DNA of 64,000 bases from Methanobacteriota archaeon (GTDB lineage Archaea; Halobacteriota; Bog-38; Methanoflorentales; Methanoflorentaceae). Positions 40,924 through 52,454 of this stretch are shown here, piece by piece. Positions within the stretch are counted from its first letter, which is position 1, and each line of letters starts with the position of its first letter. The position numbers and the translations under genes are program-made. The notes under the pieces are model-generated. The model did not search any database. It was not told the origin of the DNA and saw nothing but the letters and a program-made list of their open reading frames with translations. Where the stretch lies: the NCBI GenBank assembly GCA_963719035.1, contig CAVRAO010000006.1, positions 64,001 to 128,000 of the forward strand. Reading direction: 5' to 3'.

Positions 40924-41519
40924 GCTATATCACTGACCTCGTCGGTGCCGCGCTTCGCACGGCTCGCCGACGGTCTTTTTGAAAACACGTATTTTTAGGA
41001 TTTGACTTTTATAAAAGTTTCGTTATAAAAATATGACAATGTTGTCCTATCTCGTCAAAATTACCTTATTTAGTCGAAATAGGACTATTTTAGCAGTTTT
41101 TATAAAGGGCCTTTCGAACGTGAAGAGCTACCTAGTCGAGATGTGCAAGGATTCGGGGACGCAACTCAAGGAGCTAGCACCGACAAAAAAGACCCCACAA
41201 AAAAGAAGACAAGTCTGCACGCAGGCTCAAAGGGATTAAGACGCATACATTATGAAGGCGTAAGCATCATAAAAAAGAGGAAAGCGATTGAGACTACCCT
41301 TTCAAACGTGAGGAACGTTCAACTCTAAATTCAATAGCGACGCTTCTGCTTACGGTGCTTCTCGAATCGACACATCAGTTAGAGCCGCTGCTCGGCTCCC
41401 CGAGGCGATTTGGCCGCCTTTTAGACCTCCGTTTACAGCTACCTCTCTTTGTATTAACGCTTCCACCGAGCGGCCTCGTCGTTGTTCGCCTATGCGCCGA
41501 CTTGCTTGCTAAGCTCGAA

Positions 41520-43862
41520 TCAGACAGTGCGTCCGAGAGCGATCCGGTTACGGTCCTTGAGCTCCTGCTTCTTGCCTTCGTTCCAACTTGAAACCGCGCT
41601 CATGTAGCCAGTCACGCGGGCGATATGTTCGACGTTGTGCGAACCACAGTTGGCACATTCTTCGTGAAGACCCCCCTCGACGTGTGCGTCATCGAGGCAT
41701 AGCGTCAGATCCCGCCCCGGCGCGAAGTATCCGATCTGCGTATTCTTGACGATGTTTAAACAGAGCTCCATGAGCCCTATAGGGTCAGGTTTCGCCTCCC
41801 CTAAGAAGATGTGTGTTAAATCTCCGCCGTCAAAGCAGTGGTAAAAGACCTCCTCGTAGCGGAGTCGATCAAAGAGGTCCACATTGGCGCTCACCGGGAT
41901 ATGCGTACCGTTTGAGTAATAGATGGGCAGATCGCGGGACTTGTCCTTTATATATCGTTTGATCGCTTCAGAGACGTTCCCCTCAACGACACGGCGACAC
42001 TTATCCGTAAACTCAGGGTTGAGGAGGTCAGCAACGGCGAGGCGTTGTGCACTCGATTCTGCAGGTGTCCGTGCCAAGGCGATCTTGATGCCGTGTTCGC
42101 TTCCAACCTGTCGGCAGTATGCCTGGAGCTCGGTCATGGCCCGTATCGCGAGTTCCCACGCTGCAGGATCTTCGTGTATGGCCGACCCGGTATGATACTT
42201 AACGGCGTCGTTCACCCCAACCACGCCGATTGTGTAGACGAGGCTGTCGAAGTCGTAGAGCTGCGGCCCTCGCTCCCCCGTGTTCGGGTCACGCGGGTGC
42301 TGTTGCAAGAACGGAAGCCGATTGCCCTTGATGAGCGGTTCCATCCACTTGCGCTTAATCAGGAAGAACTTGACGGCGCAGTCGACGAGGTTCTTGAGGT
42401 TGTCGATAAACGCGTCAGTGTCGTGTTCGGCCTTATACGCCGCACGTGGGACGTTGAGCGTGACGACATGCCACGAGCCCATCGAGAAGTGGGCGCCGTT
42501 TCTAAAGTAGAGCTTATCATCAAAGTGCTGATCTTCATCCCTATCGACCTTGAACATGTAAGCGCAACACTGGTAGCAGGAGACGCCCTTTCCGGCTCCC
42601 CGGTACTCCGGTATCATGTTGTCAAAGTAGGTCGAGCCAAACTCCGCAGAGAGCTTAAAGGCGGCCTCGTAGTTATCTTCAAGGGTGGGTATCTCTGGGT
42701 GGCCGTAAAAAACGTCCTCGGTGCGTGGCACGATAAATGAGGGCTCGATCGCCACCTCGGGCTTCGGGAAGTTAAAAGGCTTTCCCCAATTGTCGCCCGC
42801 CGTCATGACCTCCATAATGGCCTTAAAGCCGAGACGCACCTCGCGTTCAAACTCACCGTAGGTCCGTAGGGGCGCCTGTTCGCCGTCCCAGACCTTCCCG
42901 TGCAACACGATGGGTTTATCCTTCCACAGCTCGGGGACGCCGGGGGTGAGCTGGAGACTGCTGAAGACCATCTGTCCGCCGCGCGCGATGAACACCTGCG
43001 TGAGCTCATAGACCGTCTCTTGCATGAGCTGCTTGATCTGTGTATAATCCAAGTGTTCAAGATGGGGGGCCAAAAAGGTCAAGAAGTTGTAAAAGCCCTG
43101 TCCGCCCGCGCAGTTCGTTTGCCCAGCGGCGAGCGCCTTGACGGCGTGAAGGATGGCGACCTCGGGGCTCTTTGCAGGGCCGGCGACGGATGCATGTGCT
43201 CCGGTCCCGTCGGGCATCAGGCCGTAGTAGAGGAAATAACGCAGGTCGTAGTCGGCACAGAACGGCCGCACGTTTGCGTACTCCATGTCGTGAATGTGAA
43301 AGTCTCCCGAGCGGTGGGCGTCGCCGATGCTCTGGGGGAGCATGAGTAGCACTTGCTGCTTGCTCAGCTTATCGTGTTTCTTCTTGGCCGACGTTTCGGG
43401 GTTTGCAGTCAGATTAGAGTTCTCATTTGCCTCGAACCCCTCGCCATGGTCAATGCGGTAAGCATCATAGAGAGACGTTCCCACTCGTGAGCACGCACGC
43501 GCCCACTCGCCGAACCCCTCCTCAAGCAAGACAACGTTGACAAACTCACGAATCAGCGGTCCGCTCAGTTCGTGGACGTCCATCCGTTTAATCTTCTTCT
43601 CAACGATATCCGCGATGCGTCGCGCCTCAGCACGCTTCATGCCACGCTTCCCATAAAACGTCTGCGCGAGCGCCGTTTCACGAAGGAGCTGCTTTATGAT
43701 CGCTTCGCTGTTCCACGGGAGGATAAACCCGTCACTCGTCCGGACGTTGGGCATGTCTTCGGCTTGTTCGCCAAAGAGCGTCGTCTGGAGGCTGCGGGGT
43801 TGAAGCATCGGGAGCAATGACTTCTTCGGGGTGTTATTTCTCTTTCGTGTAGATATGGCCAT
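41520..43862 (-). CDS. nrdD: anaerobic (class III) ribonucleoside-triphosphate reductase with ATP cone
   Basis: ATP cone (IREFVNVVLLE), HIHD, YQCC, TPAES, YYSNGTH, glycyl-radical motif RVTGYM. Confidence 0.95.
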   Translation of the reverse strand: MAISTRKRNNTPKKSLLPMLQPRSLQTTLFGEQAEDMPNVRTSDGFILPWNSEAIIKQLLRETALAQTFYGKRGMKRAEARRIADIVEKKIKRMDVHELSGPLIREFVNVVLLEEGFGEWARACSRVGTSLYDAYRIDHGEGFEANENSNLTANPETSAKKKHDKLSKQQVLLMLPQSIGDAHRSGDFHIHDMEYANVRPFCADYDLRYFLYYGLMPDGTGAHASVAGPAKSPEVAILHAVKALAAGQTNCAGGQGFYNFLTFLAPHLEHLDYTQIKQLMQETVYELTQVFIARGGQMVFSSLQLTPGVPELWKDKPIVLHGKVWDGEQAPLRTYGEFEREVRLGFKAIMEVMTAGDNWGKPFNFPKPEVAIEPSFIVPRTEDVFYGHPEIPTLEDNYEAAFKLSAEFGSTYFDNMIPEYRGAGKGVSCYQCCAYMFKVDRDEDQHFDDKLYFRNGAHFSMGSWHVVTLNVPRAAYKAEHDTDAFIDNLKNLVDCAVKFFLIKRKWMEPLIKGNRLPFLQQHPRDPNTGERGPQLYDFDSLVYTIGVVGVNDAVKYHTGSAIHEDPAAWELAIRAMTELQAYCRQVGSEHGIKIALARTPAESSAQRLAVADLLNPEFTDKCRRVVEGNVSEAIKRYIKDKSRDLPIYYSNGTHIPVSANVDLFDRLRYEEVFYHCFDGGDLTHIFLGEAKPDPIGLMELCLNIVKNTQIGYFAPGRDLTLCLDDAHVEGGLHEECANCGSHNVEHIARVTGYMSAVSSWNEGKKQELKDRNRIALGRTV

Positions 43863-44333
43863 TCGCCCACCTTTTTATAACTAATATCGCAGGAGCGAAA
43901 CGCAGTCGATTCGTTTGATGATGAATGTCAAACTCTTATTTAGATGGATAGTTGCTCAAGTGTGTCGATGCATGGCGGGAAAAACTCCCGCCGAATATGA
44001 CTCCTGCTAACGGTGTAATAGTTGATGCTTATTACGATATTCCATGCAACGCGATAGTAAATCAATGTTGGGATTTGTAACGCATTCATACCCCTCGCTA
44101 TCGCTGGTCGTCAGTGAGCTGTTTGAAAGCGAACGATCCGCCTTTCTCTTAGTCGCGTTTCTCGCCACAGCGACGTTTTCTTTGCTCCTGCGAGCTCTAG
44201 AAGAGCTTACGACGCTTTCCCTTTGTTTTCTCGTCGCACGTCAGCCACACGGCTAAGCCCTGAAGAAAGCGCTGAGCGGCAAGCGTGCAAAATAGAGACC
44301 GTTTGTCGTTGGGCGCTTATCGACTTGGCGGTG

Positions 44334-44708
44334 CTAGTCGGGATAGGGCATTGAGAGCGTGTTTATAGCGAAATCAGGACTGAACCCCTTTATACTCTCA
44401 TCGTCAACGTTCAGGACGCTCCAGCTGATCACGTCTCTAGCTAAACGCTCGACGTGAACTGATGGCAGCGCATAGCGTTTTAGTCGCCGTCGGTAGGACG
44501 AATGGGCCGCCCGACATTGAGCGTCCCAATACGCCTGGACATGGTTGGGCGCTCGCACGTTCGTCGTCTTATAACGTGACGCGTCACACGCACATACATC
44601 CACATCGTGATCAAGCTGGTAAGAGTTCGGAGCAAATAAAAAACGACCGCACTTTACGCACCCGAATACCGCGAGCTTAACGTGCCGTTTTCCGTGAACC
44701 AGTGCCAT
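44334..44708 (-). CDS. hypothetical protein with putative Zn ribbon
   Basis: SD AGGAG; VFGCVKCGRFLF...VCAC. Confidence 0.6.
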   Translation of the reverse strand: MALVHGKRHVKLAVFGCVKCGRFLFAPNSYQLDHDVDVCACDASRYKTTNVRAPNHVQAYWDAQCRAAHSSYRRRLKRYALPSVHVERLARDVISWSVLNVDDESIKGFSPDFAINTLSMPYPD

Positions 44709-45104
44709 CTAATCTCCTGTTTAGTCAGAATCAAATCGAAAACAAATTAAATGAGATAGACGGTACAAATACCGAGGTGTGAGGGCTTTAGCGTCTTTCA
44801 ATCCATAGCTGGAGCCCTTCGTCTACCCATCGCTTTGCTTTCGCGTGACCTTTTTTGTGAGCCTAACTTTGACATGTAACCCTTAGGGTGGCACCGCTAT
44901 TGGCTGCTGAGGTGATAAGCACTTCTCTCAACTAACAAGGAGAACATCGATCAGTAACGCGCTTTTTAAGCTTTTTGTTTACGTGATAAGGGAAAAATAG
45001 AGCTTGATGTGGCCAATAACAAAAAAGCTCCACTAAATAGCTTCCAAAGAGAAACAAGAGTGTTGAGCTTGGGCGTTACGGTATATCTTTCCTGCTGCTG
45101 CCAT

Positions 45105-45401
45105 TTAGCATCGCAATAAGCTCAAGATAATATCGATGTTCAGCTCATCGTTGGGGAAAAGATCCTCAAACGTCAAGAACGTGTCTTTGACCTGCAGCAC
45201 CGGTGCCATCGTCGTAAAGACGCCCTTCATAAGCAAAGTCGTCCGCGACTGCGGCGAGTCCAAGTCGTGCTCTTCAAACGAGATGCCGTGTTCTACAAGG
45301 GATTTTTTCAGGACAGTACAATTGGGACAGACGGGCAACGTGTACACGTTCACGGTTTGCTTCGTTTCTGGTGTTATCACAGAAGTCCTTACGGTACTCA
45401 C
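45105..45401 (-). CDS. NrdH-like glutaredoxin (true start may be GTG 45380)
   Basis: VYTLPVCPNC, APVL cis-Pro loop; upstream of nrdD on the same strand. Confidence 0.85.
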   Translation of the reverse strand: MSTVRTSVITPETKQTVNVYTLPVCPNCTVLKKSLVEHGISFEEHDLDSPQSRTTLLMKGVFTTMAPVLQVKDTFLTFEDLFPNDELNIDIILSLLRC

Positions 45402-45596
45402 TTTTATAAAAGCCTTTCATATTGAGATATGCCCTTTCATACTGTCCCACTTTGATGCGTCTCGCGCAGTGCCCTTGGCCGAGCATTGCAACTTAGGTAT
45501 TTGAGGTTGTAAAGAGAACAGGACCTTAATTAAATCGCGTTTGCCGATTTGCAGCGCTTAAACTGCGCTTGAGACGTGTTGAAACGAACGGGTGAA

Positions 45597-46115
45597 CTAT
45601 TCGAAGGTTCGCGTCAGCTCGCCTTGCTGCACAAATTCGTCCAGCTGCCAGATGAATTTGCCCTGTGCAGCGCGATCTTGATAGTCTATAAATATATCCG
45701 GTGGGTTCCCTTTGAAGCGTTCATAGGCACCGCCGGCTCCATAGGTGACGCCGGCGACTTTGTACCCGCTGTTGATCTGGAGGACGTATGCTGAGGCCGC
45801 TTTCGTTGAGAAGAAGCGGGTTATCGTGAAGGTCTCTTGATAAGTGGCATTTTTGCTGGCGTTATCTTGTTGCGGATAGGTGTACGCCCACGTGACCTTC
45901 GCGGCGGTTGAATTGAGCCACGTGACCCTCCAGGTCGTCAAGTTTTGAGGGTGCTCTTCTTGTATCGTTTGGTGCAGAATATCGAGGTACCCCTCGAGCC
46001 TTGAGTCGTGAACGAAGCCTTGTGCGTCAGTGTTTGACGTTTGGGTGCAGCCTGCAACGAGAACTGCTGTAAGCGTGAGGAGGACGATAATGCTGCTCGT
46101 GACCATTTGTTTCAT
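45597..46115 (-). CDS. hypothetical lipoprotein
   Basis: Signal peptide with lipobox LVAGC; directly downstream of the large PKD gene. Confidence 0.75.
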   Translation of the reverse strand: MKQMVTSSIIVLLTLTAVLVAGCTQTSNTDAQGFVHDSRLEGYLDILHQTIQEEHPQNLTTWRVTWLNSTAAKVTWAYTYPQQDNASKNATYQETFTITRFFSTKAASAYVLQINSGYKVAGVTYGAGGAYERFKGNPPDIFIDYQDRAAQGKFIWQLDEFVQQGELTRTFE

Positions 46116-46167
46116 GAGAGTGCCACGTTATGACGCATTGATCACGTTAACCTACTACAAGAGCAAA

Positions 46168-49100
46168 CTACGAGGCGCTGCAGATGTTCGATTCCTCTTT
46201 GCCAAAGACAATTATCTGATCAGCTTTGTAGAGCTTGTACGAATCGTTGCCCGCTTTCACGTTGATGTTAACGAGGCCGTGGTTCACCGGTGAACACCCG
46301 CCGCTGGCCCAGTCCTTGGAGGTCATGGTCGAATTGACCGTCAACGATTCCCCAGGTTGAAGGATGAGCTTCTTGCCCGCAACGTTGCCGACTGACGAAG
46401 ACTGCTTGCACACAAGCGCCTTGAGTTGTGTGGCGTTGGTCGTCGAGACTTTGCTCGTCGTTTGGTTTGTGCGGTTATGGCTTGTCAGATACTTGTTCCT
46501 GACGGACTTTCCGACGACGCCCGTCGCGTTAGTTTTGGTTGTCGCTTCGCTTGTCGTCGGTATGTTGAGCGTAGATCCGATGAAATCCAAATGAATGCCA
46601 GCGGCGTTGTGCCTCGTGCCGTCGCTCAACACCGTATTAGCGGAAGCCGAGCCGCTACACGTCGTGCAGTTCTGTTCTGCGGCAAATACGAACGGGGCAC
46701 TCGTGCCAGTCCGGTTAACGTCGCACCCGTAGAGAGAGATGTAAGGCGAGACTTCTATCGGGATGTCTAACGTATTCTTTATATCCCACTCCATGTGGAC
46801 CAAGCCGGTGTTGGTGTCGCGCACGAGCCTGAACCCGTCGCCCTCATAGGTGATGACGCCGTCCGCTTCGTATTTTTCAAGGCCGATTATTTCGTGAGGC
46901 GGCGCGGAGTTTGGAGCGATTTGGTATTCGTCTGTAGGTGTGGGCGTAGGGGCTGGAGCTTCTGGGGTTGGCGTCGGTTCAGGAGTCGGGATTGGAGTTG
47001 GTGTCTCTGGGGTTGGCGTTGGTGCAGGTGGAGGGGCGCTAACCGTGATGCCGTGAGTGACCGAATCGGTCGCGCCGCCGTTGTCGGTAACGGTCAGGGT
47101 GACGGTGTAACTACCGGCCGTGTTATACGTGTGGCTGGGAGACTGTGCCGTTGAAGAGGCCCCGTCGCCAAAGTCCCATCTATATGAAGTAATTGACCCG
47201 TCGGAATCAGAAGATGTAGAGCTGAAGGCGATTGTGCCACCTGTTTGCACTGAAGTGGGAGAAGCTGTGAAGGCGGCGTTCGGAGCGGCATTTGTCGCGG
47301 TGACTGTGACCGTATCTGTACCTGTAACCCCATGGTCGTCAGTAACCGTGAGGGTGAGTCCATATGATTCGGTTGTGGATGTAGCAGGGGTTTGAAGGGT
47401 GGGGGTGGCGGTGTCAGCGCCGGAAAGGGTGGGGTTACTGCCCGCGGGTTTGGAGGTGATGACCCACGCGTAGGTGAGGGTGTCGTGGTCAGGATCGGTG
47501 CCAGAACCGCGGAGGGTTACTGAGGTGCCGGCGTGAATCGTCTGGGCGGGGCCGGCGTTTGCAGTCGGCGCATGGTCGATGATGACAAGGGTGATAGTGT
47601 CGGATCCAGTGGCGCCAGTGGGGTCTTTAACGGTGACGGTGACCGGATAGTTGCTGAAATCGGTGGCACTAAAAGTGGCGGACGTGCCGTCGGCGCTGGG
47701 GGTGAGCGTTCCTCCTGATGCGACGGGCGCCCAGGTGTAGGCGAGGGTGTCGCCGTCAGAGTCGGAGGTCGCGGTAGTGAGGGTAATGGTGGCGTCGTTG
47801 TGCGCTGTAGCCGCGGGAGACGCAGCGAGCGTTACAGAGGGTGCCGTGTTTCGTGTGTCGGTTGTGAAGCGGTGGTGAGAGTGACCGGGTTGGCGATCAC
47901 GTTATCGAGGGAGCCGGGGCCGCTCGTGAGTGCCCAGGTGTAGGTGAGGACGTCTCCCGCGTCGAGGTCGTGGGCGGCGCCGGTGATCTGGGCGGTTTGT
48001 GCCGGCGTGGACGGCTGACTGCGGTGGCGGTGTCAATTATGGGCGGCTGGTTCACCGGCACGACGACGTCGCCGTAGCCGACGATTTGTCGTTTCCGAAG
48101 TTGTCTCTAACAGTCGACTTCACGCTGTACATGCGCATCAGCGAATACGTTGGTCGAAGTGCGCTCGTTGACGTATGCGACTCGCCAAAGTCTGAAAGCA
48201 CTGGTAGATGAAGCCTCCGTCATTAGGATCTGTTGAAGTGGACGTGAAGTTGACCTGTTGCCCGGCTTCCGGTGAGGTAGGCTCGTAGGCGAAGTTGGGG
48301 ATAGGTTTATTCGAATGACCAGCCGCGACAACGGTTACCGTTCGAACTGTTGTATCATCAGACCCGCTTCCGTCGCGAACTGTACAGGTAGATAGTGTAG
48401 GGACCCGCACTCGTGAAAGTGTGAGTTCTAGTAGGGTTGGTGCTAAAATTCAGCCAATTGCTTGGTGTGTCGAACCTCAATCCGACGTTGACGATTGGAC
48501 CGACTGAATCACTCGCATCGAATGTGATCGGCTGCCCCGCCACCGGCGATATAGGCGTATAAGTGAATTCGGCCAAGAACTGCTGATTGAGCGTGCACGT
48601 CAAAGCTAAGGAGCCACGTTTGATCACATGCGCAATCGGCACCTGTACATGGATATTGTGATTGTGATCATTGAGACGACGCGTTGATGTGTATGTTATA
48701 GTGGCAACACCGTTCTCGTCAGTCATCGGAGGAGTAGTGCCGTAGGGGGTCATCGTTAGGATTGTTGGAAACAAAATAGACCTACATTCTGGAGCCGGAA
48801 GCTGGTAGGTAGCGTTAATGACTGTAACGGAGATTGTGTAAGGCGTATTTATATTTACATCGAGCGTCGGAACGTTGATGACGACTTCATAACCGTAAGG
48901 GTCGATAACGACAACCGAAACGGGATTGCTCGTGAGTTGAGTCCCGTTAATAGAAGTTGACGCCTCGAACGTATATGTACCAGGTGCGTTTTCAGTGACC
49001 GTGAGAGATGCGGAGCCACCTGGGCCGGTGGTTGTGGTTCCTTCGCGACCCGTCAGTGCTCGAAATGCTGACAGCGTGGCCTGATAAGGGGCTGCCGTTG

Positions 49101-50257
49101 TGATTAACGAGCGCAGCCGTGAGGGCAAACGGCTTCCCAGCAACCACTTTCAAGGGGGCGCTGAGGGTAAGCGCGGGATCCTCTTGCGCCTTAATAGCAG
49201 TAGCGGAAGCAGCAGCAGGGGTTATCACAGGGATGATGCGGACAAGGAGCGGGTCACTGGCATAGCGGCTCGCACCCACCGTGGCGACAGCCTGGAAGGT
49301 GACGTTCCCAACCTCCGACTCGGTGCCCGTGAACGTCGCTGAACCGTCGCTTGCAGTAGTCGCGGTGCCAACCGTGGTGAAGCTATTGCTACCCGTAGCG
49401 CGCTGGAAGGTGACTGAAACATTCGTTAACGGCGTGCTGTTGTTAACGAGCATCGCGATAAGAGTAAACGATTGGTTAACTGTTGCGTCCGCAGGGCCCG
49501 TTAAAGTGAGCACCGGGAGAACTCCGCTGACGCCCAATGAGTCGATTATGGTCGATGAATTATTAGACGCCTGAGGGACAGACGCGTTAGACTGTGGTGT
49601 CGCCGTGGGAGAACCGCTTGGCGTTGGAGAGGGTTCCGGTGATGCTGACGGAGAAGGGGATGTCGAAGGTTGTAGTGAAGGCGATAGTGACGGTGTTGGC
49701 TGCAGGGCGTGAACGGTAACAATAATCTCATTGCTCGTGCGGGTGGTGCCAGCGTCATCGATGCGGGCGGCCCACGTGACGGCGTGTGCTGTTGGATCAC
49801 TGTGCGAAAATGAGGCGACACCGCTGCCATCGGTCGTCGCGGTCCCAATTACGACGCCGTCAGCAGTGAACGTAACGGGCGTGTCAGAGCGGGGATTCCC
49901 GATGGCCTCTTTAAGCGTAGCGGTGAACGTGAAGGACTCATTGACATTCACGTCAGCTGGGCCTTGAAGCGTGAGTATTGGCGGTAAAGATGGGGTCGGA
50001 GAAGGCGTGGAAGTTGGAGAAGGCGTGGAAGTTGGAGAAGGCGTGGAAGTTGGAGAAGCAGAAAGCGAAGGTGACGGTGAGGGTTCTGGAGACGGAGTCG
50101 CCGTCGCGAGCGGTGTAGCACTCGCTGATGCGAGCGGAATAGTGGCCTGCGTGGTGTCTGCCGCACTCGTTTTAACTATGCTAAACGCACCGTTGCCGTA
50201 AAGGATCGAAACTAGGAGTACTACAACTAGTAGTACTGCAGAACCCTTATGTGCCAC
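46168..50257 (-). CDS. large secreted Ig-like/PKD multidomain surface protein (about 1350 aa), split by several frameshifts in this sequence
   Basis: GGTGGTGA then GTG; signal peptide, P/S/T linkers, Big-like domains (TDGSGVASF, TDENGVATI), PKD domains (FDASDS, PTANAGP..TI, SYRWDFGDG...YTVTLTVTD); ORF pieces 48992-50257, 48358-49143, 48107-48410, 46168-47250 join up. Confidence 0.8.
49998..50058. repeat. 18-bp tandem repeat x3 encoding a (PTSTPS)n linker
   Basis: GAAGGCGTGGAAGTTGGA at 50001, 50019 and 50037. Confidence 0.9.
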
Positions 50258-50754
50258 GTCACCACCTACGCGATACGAGTTGCCGTTTGACTACAATATT
50301 GCTAACTAACTACAGTCTTGTCGCCACTGTTAGAGTATAATCAATCTCCTAGGCTCATATATATAAATGACTGTGACAGGTAAATGTGACAATTACATGA
50401 TAAGCAGTATAGTGCTGCAAAATCTGCAAAAAACCGTGAGCATCCACTTCCTGAAAGCTGGGCGATACTGAGGCGGCGAATCGAAAAAACAGGGGTTTCT
50501 CACTCGTAACAACGAGTTTGATTACATCCCCTTCTCTTTTATCGAGTCAGCAAAAACCGGAGTAACGTCGATAAGATCCGCTTTGCACAGCGCGCTTCGC
50601 TGCGCCGAAGAGATGTCATATCGTCCCGAGCAAACTTTTTATACTCTCACGAGAGCTATCGATACGAACAATTTTTCAACACCGCTAATCATCCGAAAAA
50701 CCTAACCAATCAAGTGGGGCTCTCGGACGGACGCTAACAACCCGGGGTGATGAC

Positions 50755-52217
50755 ATAGCAAAACTGTCCTCCAATTATACCGATGATGATGCATCCTCTG
50801 AGCTATTTGCACTAAGTGCCGCTCTTGCGCACCGGCGTGCCCGCGACGACGTCGAGCACGGCGAGATCAAAGAGTTCGCACGGACGAAGCTCAAGGAGTA
50901 CTGGACTGAAGCGCGCCAGGGCCCCCCGAATTCATGGACCTTCTACCGTATGGGTTTGGCCTATCTGTACCTCAATAAGCCCTATCCGGCGTTTGCTGCG
51001 TGTGCTAAAGCCCTTCAGCTGAGCGGGTCAGAGCTCGTGCTTGACGCCGCCTATGACGCGCTAAGCGCGCTCGACGAGTGCGAAGAGGGACTTATCGGAT
51101 GCGAATGGCTGCGCCGATTGCTCCTCATCGGGGCCGCAGGAAGATTCCAATCAATGAGCGCGCTCGCGCGCGTACAGGTGGTGGCGTCGAACGCACCACC
51201 AATTAAACCCCCCGTCACGATTTTCGCGGGCGGGTGCAGAGCAGACGATCAAGGGTGTCTCTTGATTTATCGCCCACTCGTGCTTCAAGCCTTTAGCACA
51301 TACACGGGCACGATCATCTCGGGAGGCACAGCCTCCGGCGTGTGCAGTCTCGCTGGAGACTTGCAAGAAGCGTGGCCAGAGTCCATCCACACAATCGGCT
51401 ACGTCCCTCGCGATATGACCGAGGTGCCCATAGACGATCGCTATCGTGAGATACGATACACACCAGGTGCCGAATTTAGCGCCACAGAGGTCATCCAGGT
51501 ACTGGTGCGATCTCATCGCTTCCGGCGTGCCACCGGCACACGTTAAGGTGTTCGGCATCGACGGCGGCTCGATATCAGCGAGCGAATATAAAATGGCGCT
51601 CGCCCTCGGCGCTTCCGTTGCTTTGCTACATGGAAGCGGACGCGAGGCGAAGAAGATTCTACATAATCGCCAATGGCGGGCCTCACGAGGGCTCATATGT
51701 GTTCCCGTCGATCCTTATGTGATCGAGGAATTCGCTAAGCCACACCCAGTGCAACTCGACCCAACCGATAGAGAGCGGTTGGCGCGTGTTATACATGAAG
51801 AGTATCGGGCCAGTGAACAGGATCTCACAGCCGGACGATCCCGCTATTGCTTCTTGGGATGAACTTCCGAGCTACCTCAGACACTCGAATCGAGCGCAAG
51901 CCGATCGTGTCTGTGAGAAGCTACAGCGCATCGGATGCTCTATCGAGAAGTCAGGGAACAAGACGCCGGTGACCGAGTTTACCCCTGAAGAGCTCGACAT
52001 CATGGCGCAAATGGAGCACGGCCGGTGGGTAATAGAGCGCCTCGACGGCGGCTGGACGTCTGGACCGCGAAGAGACTTACGGCAGAAGATCAGTCCCTAT
52101 TTTGTCCCGTGGCCTATGCTGTCAGAGGACATAAAGAACAAAGAGCGCAAGATGGTTCGTAACATACCACAGCTCCTTGCAACGATCGGCTTACAGGTAT
52201 GCGAGACGCGCGAGTGA
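50755..52217 (+). CDS. TPR-like + SLOG (LSDAT/TRPM-like) + RyR domain protein (about 485 aa; two frameshifts, near 51499 and 51815; probable ATA start)
   Basis: TPR-like WTFYRMGLAYLYL...AF...AKAL; SLOG IFAGG, IISGGTASGV...AG, GG.IS..EY..ALALG..V..L.GSGREA; RyR LARVIHEEY, WDELP..LR.SN..QA, MAQMEHGRW..ER...GW..G......KISPYFVPW..LSE..K. Confidence 0.8.
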
Positions 52218-52454
52218 TAGTCACATCCAGAGCGTTTTGCGCGCTGTCACTTGGCAGGTTTGCACGCATCACTTTTTGTACTGGGAGTACGCTAACAAGG
52301 CACACGCCATTAAGCCAGGCGCGCGCGCGATGATTTTGCTTATCCACAACAGAATGGAGCTCGTTAGTCTGAAGCTGAGAGATCGTGTTCTGTCAAGAGC
52401 TGCGTTCGATTGCCGAGCGTTCGCCCGCCGCGCACAACGGGGAAAGGTGTGATT

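Noticed and set aside
38725-41711. nrdD repeat pair as a DGR template/variable repeat
   Set aside because: Mismatches are mainly synonymous and not adenine-specific, and there is no reverse transcriptase in the window
43960-44010. Fluoride riboswitch (ATGACTCCTGC after a hairpin)
   Set aside because: The 5' GATGGAGTTC element is missing and the strand is opposite to nrdD
51490-51830. Programmed ribosomal frameshifting in the SLOG-RyR gene
   Set aside because: No slippery heptamer seen; the shifts match the region-wide indel pattern
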